Of a stretch of DNA of 64,000 bases, positions 1-14,450 are shown in pieces. This stretch comes from Chrysomallon squamiferum. Lineage: Eukaryota; Animalia; Mollusca. Position 1 is the stretch's first letter. Each line of letters opens with the position of its first letter. The stretch spans positions 13,826,001-13,890,000 of the forward strand of contig CM022671.1 of the NCBI GenBank assembly GCA_012295275.1, in the 5' to 3' direction. The translations under genes and the position numbers were made by a program. The notes beneath the pieces were generated by a model, which did no database searches, was not told the origin of the DNA, and saw nothing but the letters and a program-made list of their open reading frames with translations.

Positions 1-1669
1 TCTTGTAGATTATGAAATATAATAGGTTTAAAACTATTTTTAAAATTAAGCATTTGGTGATATTAATCATAATTAATTAAAATTTTAAAAATATATAATT
101 AAGAACAAGTTTTAACTGTTCCTTGTAAATTGTGATATACAGTAGAAATAGAATCATTACACATACTGAAATGTTACATCACTATTATTCATTAATTGTT
201 TATTTTTCATTTCTTTTTATATATATATATATATATATGAGAGAAAAACATTACATAAAGAACATGCTTTTGTTTTATTTTTTTTTTTTTTCTTATTTTG
301 TTTTATCTGATATATGTTGTCAGTTAAAGGTTCTTGTACGTTTATTTATTATGTATCTCTTACAGTTTCTAACATGTCTAAACTTTTATTAATTAAGTGT
401 ATCTTACTTTAAAGCAAATATTTTCAAATATTGTTTTATGTATTCTTCAACAAAAATGAGTATTTATGAAGGCTGACAATATTATTATTTCATACATACA
501 GATACAATTCCTGAAATATTGAGGAAATAACTTCTAAGTTGAGGCATCATATCTGTTTACCTTTCTTTGAATTTAAAAAAAGAAAGCAAAATTAATGATA
601 AAATGCTTTCACAATAAAATGGATAATACCAGCCTCTCTATAATCCTCACAAACTTATTTTATTGTTACACCTTAAATATTTGTGAAAGTAGGTTACTAG
701 ATATTCACAACAAAATAATTAAAGAAAGAAAGAAAGAAAGAAAGAAGGGAAGAAAAAAAAAAAAAAAAACACAGAAACATTAACCCATATGTATAGATGG
801 TAACATGGAATATTATCAAATAATCAAATACCTGAATTCAAGCAAGAATTATCTTCTGCATAACAACTGGGCAAAGAATTAAAGTAACGGAATTAGGAAA
901 TACAATTTAAAATTGTATGATATATAATCTAAAAGTATCATTTGTACCATATTTTGCACACTTATTTATATTTTAAAATTATATAAATGAATGTTATATT
1001 TTGTATCCTACTATTGTATTTTATAAAAAGAATTATATTAAATATCAGTCAATTATAATCATTATAAATACTGAAATAGATTATACTAGTATATTCACAT
1101 AATATAACTTACATATAATGTTATAATTCTTATCTGAAATGTATATCCATATCAGGTGTTTTGAAATATTTTCTAGCTAAATACCACTTAACAAAATGTA
1201 ATGATATTAAACAAAAATAGAGAAACTATAATACTCTACCTATAGCAAAGATTTACTAAATGTATTTGGACCTAAAATACAATTTATTTTTGTTTTGTTT
1301 TCTATTTTTAATTGATCTGCATTTTCATTTATAGGCAAATCTAGCCAATATTTCATAATAATTAATAGATCTGTGTTGGAATCTCATTAGTCTAAATTAC
1401 AGGCTGAAATATCAGTTTGTATGTGCTATAAATGACATAAATACATTTTTGTTTAAATGTAAATGATTAATTATTGTTCTTACTAAAACATGATAGCTAA
1501 TGTGGGTGTGGTTGTGGGAATGAACTGGAACGACCTGTCCAAATCTGAGAAGGGAGTACTAATTTACAAATGCATTCTCTCTTTTCAAAGTAATTGTTTC
1601 AAAAACACAATACCAAATTCCCAAGTAACAATTTCAAAACAAACACAAAAAGAAACTGAATTAATAATG

Positions 1670-1704
<35 letters not shown>

Positions 1705-3302
1705 TTAGGACATAGTGATATACTGTTGATTATTAATGTTTTTCACTGAAATGTGTGTGCTTTGATAAAGTGTTTTGCTTGCAGTTAATAATTGATCAAA
1801 CTATGATGTTGTGGTATATTTACAGTATTTACATCGTTGATTAATGACAAAACAACTAATGATCTGTCATTAATTTTAATTGAATGAAAAATGTTAATGC
1901 ATTTTTGGAAATGGAAAAATAAAATTATTAAACACATGCTTATAAATTACTATTATGTTCAAATAATAATAAAGAAATAAAAGATAATAATAATAAGAAT
2001 CACATTTAGAATACTTAGCTTCAGTGATTATTAATTTATATAAATATCATTAATAGTGTTTGTTTCTTTTTTTTCTTATGATGACGATTACAGTGATTAC
2101 TATTATTGATTTTTTTAATTTAGCAGTGCATTACTACATTCTTAAACTGTTACATGGATTGAAAAATATTTTGTTTTAAAAATTATGCAAATGTTATTAA
2201 CAATAATGTTTATTATTTTGTAATGTGTGATAATCAGTCATAATCGTTTCTTACTAACAGTTTACATGTATACCTATTTTATCATATTTAATAAATATTT
2301 ATGATATATACAAATCTTTGTTTTATTTAGTTATTTTAAAGTAATATACAACTTAAAATATTAAATGCCTTGCTTCCATTTTATTCATACTTAAGTTGCA
2401 ATTAACAAAATATTAGAAAATGCTGTTTACAAAATGAATTTCATTATGAAGAAACAATTTGGGCTGCCTAAAAAAAAATAAAGGCAGTAATAGGTAGTGT
2501 AATAAATGAAAATCAAAAATGGGTTGTATATGATTGTTCTGAATTAATAAAAAAATAATAATAATTTAAATAATAAAAATAAAATAATAAAAATCAATTA
2601 CCAAACATTTATTTATTTATTAATTTATTAAATTTAATTAAATTATCATCATCATTATTGCCTTTTATATACCTTCTGTATAATAACCATGAAATGTTTT
2701 ACTTGTATAAATAAAAATCTGCTAGACTACATTTATCTGAGCACATTTCCTGGAAATGAAGTATTAAAGATTGTGACCAGTACAAAGGACACATTATATA
2801 ATAAGACTTAATTCTTAGTCATTAGGTATTTTCTCTATCAAAGGTGAGCAATGACAAAAAAGATGTGTGGACGTTTATTTAGTTTTTCTTTCAATTAAAA
2901 TAATAATTGTAATAACAACAAAATGTTATATTTACACGTGTGCTGGGAATACTCTGCTGCTGCAAATGAAAACTGCCTTCAACCTACTCCGAGGTAATAA
3001 TTATAATATAATGGACATATTATATATGATTGTGTGTGTGATTCTCTGTTGAGTATTGTGCAATGGATATAAAAGAATTATGTACACATAACATGTGCTG
3101 TCAGTTCTGTATTTCAACCATTTGACATCGGCTAACCTCTATATGGTTAAACGTTTATCCTTGAGTGAACCTGTAATATGTGGATTGGTGCGACCTACCT
3201 TTGTGTAACAACAACAACAACAACAACAATAATAACAGTAATGATAATACGAACAAAATAATAAATACACTTAAATATGTTTGAGAATTTATTATTGTTT
3301 AA

Positions 3303-3396
<94 letters not shown>
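3303..3396. repeat. (AAT)n(ATT)n head-to-head trinucleotide repeat
   Basis: About 11 AAT units directly followed by about 21 ATT units, so the tract is self-complementary. Confidence 0.9.
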
Positions 3397-3549
3397 AACA
3401 AACTATATTTTCAAAAACACATAAATATTATAATGGAACAGTATCCAAAGCTTATGATCTTGAAAATTCTGATACAAACAAACCGTAACGTTGATTTTAT
3501 AATGATAAAACCAATTAAATTAAATAATATATGCAGATAATTTTATACA

Positions 3550-3851
3550 TTATCCAGACGACGCGCACTGGTGTTATTTATTTCATTTTGTCCTGAATAC
3601 ATACGTTTTTCTTGAAAGATATTCAACAAAACAATCATACCGATATGTATTAATTAGATACTGACGAGGATTGAAAACGTACACCGCATCTCTATCTGTG
3701 TAAACACCTAACATTTAACAGACTGGGTCTCTAAAACCTGGAGGAAATTGTTAGCAAGGAAGTTAATCTATGGCATTGTGGGATAGTTCGAAGTAAAGTC
3801 TGGCGATGAATTTCCTGCATGAGGGCGTAAAGTTTTAAAAATTATATTCAA
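3550..3851 (+). promoter_or_regulatory. CpG-containing promoter and probable non-coding first exon of PAK-A (possibly bidirectional)
   Basis: Locally CpG-rich patch between CpG-poor flanks. ZNF143/Staf-like site TGGCATTGTGGGATAGT (3771-3787) and ETS core GGAAGT (3758-3763). Donor A|GTGAGT at 3851/3852 could splice to acceptor TTTCAG|G at 4518/4519, 28 nt before the PAK-A ATG. Confidence 0.55.
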
Positions 3852-4546
3852 GTGAGTAAGCATTAAAATTGTATATTTCAGTATCTACACAATATAGTGC
3901 AAAAGTCCGTAATTTATTCAGTTTACATTTTACTGTCGGCATTTAATGAAAGACGATCCCATTGATCGTGATTATAATATTTATAAATACGACAAAACGT
4001 GAGTAGAAAAATAATTTAAAGTTTTCAGAGTTAAACAAAATATATATTTATAAAAACTTAATTTAGTGTTAGAAAATACTTATTGTATTAAACAAACATA
4101 ATAGCTGATCAAAATATTAATTTGTTTGTGTGTGATGTCATTAAAAGCTGAAGGAAGTATAACTTTTGAAACGAGGAAGTACTTCTAACATGGATTTACT
4201 GTTTCCACAGACTGAGTCTGTCATGTGTCATGTTAGGTTATTAATGCACAGACGTACTCATAATAATAGAAATAGCTCAGTTTATCAACCGCTGATTATA
4301 ATAAAATATTATAACTTTATTTCTTCATAACAATTTTGAAGTGTTAACAGGTTTTGGTCATAAAATACCTGCAAACATATCATAATAGTTTAACTATGTC
4401 ATAAGAATTTTAAAAATATTTTTACCCTAAATTTTATCAGTGTTTAGGTCTAATTTGTTAAGAAAAAAAAGCATAATTGTACAGTAGAGTTGTTACATCT
4501 TATTTTGTTTTATTTCAGGCTTGCTGAAACTACAGTATAGATCACA

Positions 4547-7500
4547 ATGCCATTTTTTAAGAAGAAAGCCAAAAAGTCAGCAGAAATAAATGATGCAGAC
4601 AGTGGAGGTTTGGATATTGGAATGCCATACAATGTTGTCAGGAACTACCATGTCAACTTTGATGCAGAAAAAGGATCGTTTGTTGGACTTCCTCCATCAT
4701 GGAATGATATGTTGCAAAATTCTAATCTTACGTAAGAAATTATAACCAAGTTTTAGGTTCAGTTTGAAAAGTTATAAAAGTGTACAGGTTGGAATAGGAT
4801 CATTTCATTGAAGCATAATTTGTTCTCTTGAGAAATAGCTTATCTTGCCTTTAACTGACAGAGCTATCCAGTTTAATTTTTTGATAGCAATTGATTATTC
4901 ACGATAACTGATTTTCAACACCTAAGCTGTCACTGAGTTAATTATTTTTCATTATTTAATAAAAATAGTGAAAATAAACTTTATGGATAAATTTAAATAT
5001 GATGACAAAACATAGGATATTAATATTTGACAGTCCTGAAGTTTTACATGTTCTTTTTTTTTTAATTATATTTTTATCATCCATATTTGAAATAAAAAAA
5101 TGAAATCCTCTGTTTTAACAGTAAAGAGGAACAGAGAGATAATCCTGAAGCAGTTATCAACTCCATCAAGACCATGAAAAATTATCAGAAGTCTTTCAGA
5201 CAGAAAAACTCTTCCAACCCTGGTAAATTTTTAAAAATTGCAACTACAATCCGTGAATCAGATGAGCTGCTGGATGGTGAAGATTCGGAAAGTGAATGTC
5301 TCAGCACTGATGAAGATATATCAGAAGGTGGACAAGTTACTGAACCTGAAGAGGATTATGATAAAACTGAAGAAGTTTTCTCAGAATCTGCAGAAGCTGA
5401 TGTTAACACTGAAAAGAAAATTGATAAGGTTAGAATTAAATCTTTTTATGATTTTATGTGTTTGTTGGTTTTTATTTATTTGTAGGGTTTGTGTTGTTAA
5501 ATAATTTAATTATCTAGTTTTGTATCAGTATTCTGTAAGTGTGGGCATAATTTAAAATTTTCAGTTTTCAAGTCACTTGCATTATTAGAAATGAAATTGA
5601 AATTAGCTTTTTAATGAATTAATAATGCTAATTGCTTGGTCTTCTTTCTTTTTCCTGGAAATTAAAATCTTATTAATTTGTCAAAATGTGACAGAATCAG
5701 TTTACAGGTAATAACAACATACTCAGTATTCTACTTTTATTTTTATAGTTATCAGTTATTTTAATTCATATAAATTCAGCTTTAATTGAACATTTTTTTA
5801 ATGCTATTGTTGCTTAAACGTTTGTTTTATTAACATTTTTGACAGTCGACAGAAAATCATACCAACCATGAAGAAAAAAAGAAATCTGAAGGAAAAGATA
5901 TTGCTGATGGTCTTGCTGATACTAAATTAACTGATTCAGAAGAAGAAGTTCCTAAAAGGAGACCAAAGACAAAACCACCCCCAAAATCAGATGAAGAAAT
6001 TAATGCAGAATTACGTATGAATAGCTTATATCATTTTATCAAAACGATACTCTATCAGCAATGAAATCATTTAATTCTGAAGGCTCTGTTGAAGAAATAT
6101 TTTCCATGGTTTCTTGATCTGTTCCATTTGATTAAAGGGAAAATATCATTTATGTCAGTAATGCAAAAAAAACCACCTATAAACATTTATCATATATTAA
6201 AAAAGTACATAAAATCATTGTTGTAAAGATCAATTATTTCAAATACTTTGGGTAATGATTAAGTATAGGAATATTAGGAATATAGGAATATAGAAAACAT
6301 AACTAGTTTCTGGATCACAGGTATTATTAATTAAAAACAATGAGTGTGTTGTCTTTAAAGAAAGTATGCCAAGTCCAGTTGTATATTCTAGTTTTTCAGT
6401 TATGCTGCATCAAAAATATCATTATTTCCATTGGTGGTCATCTTGTATTATATTACTTAAGTTGCGTAATTATTGTTTTGGTTAATATAAAGACTTTTCT
6501 TTTTGCTCTGAATCCTAACCATATCAAATTGCAGAATGGAATGGCACTGATGAATTTGTTTACTGAATGTAACTTAAATCACAAAGTGACATTAAATTAT
6601 CAGTAATTACATAATGGTTGACTTTCATTTATCTAAAATTTTCCATAATATTATCATTAATACAGCTGCCTGAAATACAGTCAACATAAAATTATTTGTT
6701 CCAGGTAAGATAGCTACAGCTGGTGATCCTCAAGAAAAATATGTTATTCAGAAGAAACTTGGTTCGGGGTAATACATTTTGTTATAGTATCAAATTACCA
6801 GCATATCTGCATTTTAGTAGAACTTGTTATTTAATTACTAGTTAAATCAAAACTTTTTTTCTGTTCAGATTTTTAAAATAGTATTTAGACATAAATTAAC
6901 TCTAAACATAACCTTTGATTATTACAATTGTATATTGCTTATATACATATTTTTTTTTTGTTAATGTACTAATAAACTATTTTTCAGAGCTTCAGGTATG
7001 GTTTGTATGGCAAGACAAAAGTCTGATGACAGTGTTGTTGCCATTAAGATGATGGATCTTAATAATCAGCCAAAAAAGGAATTGATTATCACAGAAATTG
7101 AAGTGATGAAGCAATACAAGCACAAGAATATTGTCAACTTTCTTGACTGCTACATGATGGAACATGAACTGTGGATTGTCATGGAGTATCTAGATGGTGG
7201 AGCACTCACAGATGTTGTCACAGAAACCATAATGAAGGAAGGTCAGATCGCTGCTGTGTGCAGGGAGTGTCTTACAGGATTAAAATTTCTGCATGATCGA
7301 GATATTATTCACAGGGATATAAAGAGTGACAATGTGCTTCTTGGAATGACAGGCAATGTCAAGTTGACAGATTTTGGTTTCTGTGCTCAGTTGAGTGGTG
7401 ACCGGAGTAACAGGGATACTATGGTTGGCACACCATATTGGATGGCACCTGAAGTTGTTTCCAGGTATGACATTCAAAATATTTATTTTACTAAGCATAA

Positions 7501-8104
7501 ATATCACTTAAAATTAACTTTAACAGATACTTATAAAGTAGGGTATCAGAGAGATACTTCAGTAATTATTTTCAGTTCCTGATTTTTAATTTTTTTGTAT
7601 TTATTTTGTTTTTAAACATTTTTGTATATGAATATGATTTCTATTTTATTCAAATGTGATATTTATTTTAAAAAACCTGTGTCATGCTGCTGATTAAGTA
7701 ATAAAAGATAAGAAAAACAAAAAATTCAATAAGGAGAATTAAATGAAAAGACGAATATAAGAATACGTTTTACCTCTTTATATTTTAGGAAACAGTATGG
7801 AAATAAGGTTGACATTTGGAGTCTTGGTATCATGATAATTGAGATGTTGGAAGGAGAGCCACCCTACCTGAATGAGACTCCTCTGAAAGCCATATTCAAG
7901 ATTGCAACAAAAGGCAAACCTGACATAAAGGAAGACAAACTGAGTGAAGAACTGAAGAACTTCATCCATGCCTGTCTTGAAGTGGATGTAGACAAAAGAG
8001 CCACTGCAGATGAGTTACTTGATCATCCATTTTTAAAAAAAGCCATGGAGCTGAAGACTTTGAAACCACTAATCATTGCTGCCCGGCAGGCAACGGGACA
8101 CTGA
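4547..8104 (+). CDS. PAK: Group I p21-activated serine/threonine kinase, invertebrate Pak3-like (PAK-A), 505 aa, 6 coding exons
   Basis: Exons 4547-4731, 5122-5428, 5846-6014, 6705-6768, 6988-7464, 7789-8104; all GT-AG and phase-consistent, 1518 nt. CRIB/autoinhibitory region [17 protein letters not shown]...[23 protein letters not shown]. Kinase motifs [50 protein letters not shown]. The basic N-terminus, IGxPxN..R..HV CRIB variant and lack of a PIX-binding motif resemble Drosophila Pak3 (from memory). Confidence 0.95.
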
Positions 8105-9371
8105 TATGGCTGTTGTTTACTTACAGCCAGATTCTCTCAATCTCTAGAACTGTTTTAGGACATTGATTCTCCTTCAGTAACGTAAATGCACATAAATATT
8201 CTTTCAAACATTATTCTCATAGCTTCTCAAATTCTTTATGACAAAAGGACAATAATACTGACTAAAAACCCAAAATATTCATGCAGCTTTTTATTACTGG
8301 ACATTATATGCTTGCATTTATACTGAAATGTAATGTGATTGTTGCATTCAGTATCAGGTAATAACTAATCTGCAAAAACATATTCCTGAAGATTTAATAT
8401 TCTTGTTGACTTTTAGTTTTTGTGATTTGTTCAACTGTTTTACAGTGGCTGAACGAAGCAGAAAAACAGTCAAGTTTTATCATAATCTGTTTTGGGTAAT
8501 TTTTATATCTAAATAATGTTCACTTTTCATGTTAAACAACTTAAATGTTATTCTTTTCTAAAATATTCCAAAAATATTCCTCTTTTTCAGAGTTAAGAAT
8601 AGAATTTTTTTTTTTTATTATTTCTGGTCATATAATGCAAATTTTATATGTGCAAAAAATGTTATGTATTGCAATATTAACTTTTTTCCAAAAGATCTTC
8701 ATTTCTCTTCTCTTTTTTTTTTTTTTTTTTTTTTTTATAATCTATCTGTTTTATTACAACGTTTTTTAATATCAAATTTATTTTTAGGATTTGGCTTTAG
8801 TATAAAAATGTCTGACATAATTACATTCCATTATGTTTTTGTAAATTAAATGACATTTTCTTTGTAATATATAACTAATAATAATAATTAGTTAATTAGT
8901 ATTTATATATCTGATAGGATTATTATACACGTGAAAATATATTCCATTTATTGGGTCAAATATTTTAAGTATGCACTTGTCACTGAAGTGCCTTTCAAAA
9001 CTTGTAACAGCTACATGTGTGCTTATAGTATGATAATACAATGCTACCATTACCAGGCATTTAATTTTATTTGCATAATGTGATGCTGCTTGGTTTAACT
9101 ATTTCTAAGGCCAGCCCTTTAGAAGTTTGTTAATTTTAAAGTATGTTTCTTTCAGTTTCTTTTTCCATATTTATCCTTGATATACTATCTTTTTCTTTGC
9201 TTTAAATTTTTTTCCCCTCATACATGCACATCTGTATAAACATAATTTTAACATAAACATTAGGTTAAACAATTTTAGAATCTAATGGTGATTAAATCTA
9301 TGCAAGTAGAATGATAAAATGTGAAATGATTTTATTTAATGATTATACTTCATTTTTGCTCTTTCTTCTTT

Positions 9372-9407
<36 letters not shown>

Positions 9408-9622
9408 AGTTTGGATATCAAAGCAAGCATAACCCTGCATTTAATAATGTTAATATTGTATCCATTCCAGTCACCATTAATAAGCAACTTTGTAATCATT
9501 ATAAAAACTGAAATTAATAATATTTTGAAAAGACTATATATAAAACAGTTTTAAATTGTCATTATAAAACAAATTCATGAAGATTTTTGAATTTGTATTT
9601 TTTTTCAAGTTTTTGCTTTTCC

Positions 9623-9668
<46 letters not shown>

Positions 9669-10940
9669 CACACATATACATACTACATACTAATACTTTG
9701 TATACTGTATATTTAGAATTGTTTTATTGTTGTTTTGGGTTTTTTTTATTTTTATTAAATACATATTCAAAAATAATATTGTATTCATAATATTTGTCCA
9801 ATTCTTCTTCTTCTTCTGGTGTCTGTATGTATGTTTACAGATTTCTACTTCAGTTTGATTCTGAAAATGTTTATCAAATATTGTGTTGAAAAAATATACA
9901 CTTGTGGATCAGTGTTATATTTTAAATAATAAAAAAGCAAATGAATTTTTAAACTTGCTGCATTCCATAAAATGAGAAAATAATGGAAAATAATTACTAG
10001 TATTAGCTTGTCTGTGTTCTGTTTTGATTATATTTTTGTAATACTGTGTTCAAACAGAGGGTGATCATGTTGATGATCTTTTTTATTTTAAAATCAAACA
10101 AATCTTGAATGAAAAAAGTTTTTTTTTTATTAAATGTATTTATACAGAAATTAAAATGTATATCCCTAAGCCTGTTTACATAAAGAAAAAGTTTACAACT
10201 TTTAAATCATGCAAAGCTCATATGACAGCTGTGTTTAACCAAAGTCAAAGAGATTTTTTTTTATATATATATATCTTTGTCACATGAACTAATGTGAAAC
10301 TTATTCCTTGTTAGAATTCAATAATTAATGAAATGTTGTTGAAAGTTTAATCTATGCACCAAAATTTGATAGTCTTCCAGAGAAATCTGTCTGCTTTAAT
10401 ATGTTTGTAAAATGACAGAAGAATTTTATATATGTAATCTATGTAGGATAACCTTGAGCATTCAAAAATTAATGGTTTGTATTCGTAATTTAAAGGATGA
10501 GATAACTGCTTTGAAGTCTGAAAAGATTAATAAAATGTGTGTGGTGTCATCCTTATCAAAATACGAAAATATATTTGTATTTCATGTAGATTTTCAAACT
10601 GTATAGCCAGCCTATATGTATTACTGTAATACATTTCATAATTTAAGTCATTGAAATAATTGTTTTCAGTTTATTTTCTACAAATGTATATTAATAATTA
10701 TTGCTTCTATGAGAAAGACATAACATTATATTATTATTGTTATATTTTATTTTTTTATTGCTTTTTTTAATTATTGCTGTTGCTGCTGCTGCTGCTGTTG
10801 TTATTATTATTATTATTATTTAGATATACAAGGATTTCTTAAATTTAAATTTTCAGAAGGAAAACAAAATTAATATTTAATTACTGTTATATAATTATAT
10901 TTTGTGTTGAAAAATGTTTCATATAATCTATGATCTAAAT

Positions 10941-11196
10941 CAGTCATGGGCAAACTGCAGCCTGTGTGTGGCTTTCTGAGTGGCCTGCCTAATTTCTCAA
11001 GGAAAATAACTTTAATTCAAATTTTATAAAATGATGTTATTTTATTATAATAGTTCCTGAAGTAAATAAAAATGAAAAATTTCTTAAAATAAACTCAACA
11101 TAAAAACACAAAATTGCCTAAATTAGTACCTCGGCCCGCCTGAGGATGAGCCATGTCTCGTGTGGCCCGCTTCTCAAAAAAGGTTGCCCTTGCCTG
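10941..11196. mobile_element. hAT (Charlie-like) MITE, 256 bp
   Basis: Terminal inverted repeats CAGTCATGGGCAAAC ... GTTGCCCTTGCCTG. 8-bp flanking duplication ATCTAAAT / AGCTAAAT (7/8). Internal GGCCCGC motifs typical of Charlie MITEs. Confidence 0.8.
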
Positions 11197-12169
11197 AGCT
11201 AAATAATACATTTGACAAATTCACATATTGAATTCTGGTTTAATAATAGATGGTAGAATATCTTTAAAGCATGTAAAGTGATTTTTAGTGTATAATACAG
11301 TGAACTGCAAGCTATTGGTTTCCAGTAGAACCAATCTCTGTCCATATTTCAGTATTTTAGTTTTTATTTCTGTCTTTATATCAGGGATTAATAGATATAT
11401 AAATACATGTTTTAATCCCACTAGGAATTCTTGCATTGTAAAAGACATTAAAATAATGTATTGAAATAAAACCGTATAATAAAACTGTTGTTTGCTTTTG
11501 CTTAGAAATATTAAGATAAGCAAGTTACATATTTTTTAATACTTGCATACACAGCTCTTGGAGATCAAATCAGATACATACAAACAGGTTAGAATTTGAA
11601 ATAATTTTTAAAAAGTATTAATAAATATTTACATAGTCAATGCTCACAATGTTTGAAATACTGCTTTGACGATATCAGATGTACCAAAGTTTAGAGCTAG
11701 TTGTGATAATAGATGTTCCACCATTCACAACATTTACATGATTTAATCTGAGTGTTTAAAAAACAGCTGTCAGTATTGTGACAAATAAAACATGAAACAT
11801 CCAGTAGTAGTAACTTTTCTTATTATGTAATTTAAAAACTAAAAAATCATTATATTAATGTATAAATATTTTAAAATATTCAACTTTGGCAAGTATTTTG
11901 TGTCATATTTAATACCATTGATGGCATCTAGATTATGTAAATATTTTTATTAACAAGTTTTGCAGTGAATGAAATGTCAACTATAACAAATATTTGTATG
12001 GTATAAAATTTATAATAAAAACGATTAACTAAAATAACATTGTTTCCATTATGGCAATAAAATTATTATTAAATTTCTTTTTAATGTTTTAAATTTAAAC
12101 AGTACCAATCCTTGATTTTATGCTATGATTTGCATTATCCATTTATTTTATTACTTTGAACGTAATATA

Positions 12170-12422
12170 AACCGATTGTGGGAAAATGGTGTGTGTGTTT
12201 GTGTGTGTGTTACGACATCTTAAATTCTTGGCGACATTCCTTTTCAGAAACCTGGAACATTATTCATTAGCGCTGGAAGCTGCTGCGAAAATGTTCAGAT
12301 ATATATGTATTTCCTTTTGAAACACGTAAAACAACCTTGACCTGTATACAATAAAACGTTTTTATTGATCCAGTTTCACGGATCCGGAAAAGAACGTGAA
12401 GGTGTGTTCTCGTCCGCGACAG
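12170..12422 (+). promoter_or_regulatory. Probable promoter and non-coding first exon of PAK-B
   Basis: CpG-rich sequence starts abruptly at ~12160. Partial ZNF143-like ATTGTGGGAAA (12175-12185) and CCGGAA motif. Consensus donor CAG|GTAAGT at 12422/12423. The next plus-strand gene has acceptor TTCGCAG at 16189, 6 nt before its ATG. Confidence 0.45.
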
Positions 12423-12676
12423 GTAAGTAAGTGTTAAACCCTTCATAAACAATTATAAATATTAACGCGACAGTTTAGATACAAGTCAGTATTAGTCACA
12501 CTTACGTATTTCTAGTAACTTGTCAACTCGGATGATGTTTATTTACTAAATATGGTAACAGTAACGCAATCAACTATTTATTGTGATAGCGTCATCGTCT
12601 ATTTATGTGTCGCATGATTCGTTGTCCGTCTTAACGCCTAATTTCATTTGTTGGGAAGCTTGTGAAAACAGGTTAG

Positions 12677-12678
<2 letters not shown>

Positions 12679-12764
<86 letters not shown>
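12679..12764. repeat. (TC)n microsatellite
   Basis: Uninterrupted TC run of about 86 bp. Confidence 0.95.
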
Positions 12765-12769
<5 letters not shown>

Positions 12770-13653
12770 CACAGATAGAGAAAATAAACGAAGATAATTT
12801 ACTACTACACTACTTTATATACTAATTCCAGCATATACTATTCTATTATTACTAAGTTATTACTACTGTTATTGTTATTATTAGTGTTGTTAAAAATCTG
12901 TAATAAATACATAATTAAATATACGTGTCCATTACCAAAATCAAAAAATATATTATTAAATTACTGTGACATACATATTATTACATATACCTGTGCATTA
13001 CCAAATCTAAATAAATCTGAAACCCACATGATTTCGAAACTGTTATAGAAATTAGTGCATATTTATCAATCGACAGACGCGCACACACAAACATACAAGA
13101 TAATCTCATGCAGGTGGTTTTATTCGCACGCTTAGCTCTTAGGCCGAGCATGTTAATTCCGTTCAGTTAAACCCACTTGATACGAATGAACCCACTCAGT
13201 GGTTAAATACCATTGATTGTTTTGTTGTTTTGTTGTTGTTGTTGTTGTTTGTTTTGTTTTTTGTTGTTGTTTTTTTGACAGGAAAAAGATAAAGAAAAAC
13301 TATTTCCGTGATCAGTGTCAGAAAATAAAATACAATAATTAAATACCACCTTTACGTAGCTGTGTACACGTTAATGTACTGTTTAAATCTTTCATTATTT
13401 AAAATGACAGAGTCAGTTTAATTTGTGAAACACAACAGGATCGGGGAATGTTATAGCTGCTTTATTTATAATTAAAATCTTCAAGAGTTTTAAGTGTGCT
13501 AATTTTTAATGAAGTTTAATGAAAATATTTCATATTCTGTAGCTAAGGTGAAAGGTCGCCTAGGATAATTTATTTTCTAGTATTAACCACACTTAACTGT
13601 GGGTATTACCACTCATCAGATGACTCATTGTTGCTGAATTTGATGTACAGATT

Positions 13654-13693
<40 letters not shown>

Positions 13694-14415
13694 TATTGTA
13701 ATGGTGAGGAATAATTAATTTAAAAAACTGATTTTCTTTCAATAGTATATGAACATAACTTGTAACAAATGTTAATACTTAGAGAAAATAGTAAAAACAA
13801 GCAAATAAATGGTTTTAATTTCATATAATAATTAACTGTTTACAGAATATAGTTAAAACAATCAACAAATTGTTTTAAACTTCATTTTTATTTCATTTAA
13901 TGATTAATTGCTTAAATAAAATTGTTTTTGTTTCATTTCAGTTTTAATAGTTTTAGTAGTTAAAAACAAAACATATTTTTTATGAAAAGAAAGAACAGTT
14001 TTAAATATAAATTTAATTCATTCAGTTTTTTTTCTTTCCAAAAACAAAACAACAGCAACTTAAAGAGAGAGTTTTCTTCTTATTCATGTTTTTTTGTTCT
14101 TTTGTTTCTTTTTGTTTTTCATTCTTGTATATGTGTATTTATGTGCATATTAATTATTGTCGGTAATCTATAACTCTTTCATCACTCATTCACCATCCTT
14201 TCTAACCACAAAAACAAAAACTTAATAAATATTGTATTCAACCATTATTAAGACTGATTAAATTTATAGGCGTTAAGCCATTTTAGTCCAAATAACTATA
14301 TTGGACACAAATTTATACGGTTTGCCAAAGTAATGTAGATCGAAAGATTTAGAAGCACCAACCCTAATTCTGTTTCATAAAATGCCAATTTCGAAATTTA
14401 GTTTCTGGCAAGGAC

Positions 14416-14450
<35 letters not shown>

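Noticed and set aside
3195-3540. Poly-Ile ORFs on both strands
   Set aside because: Translation of the (AAT)n(ATT)n microsatellite.
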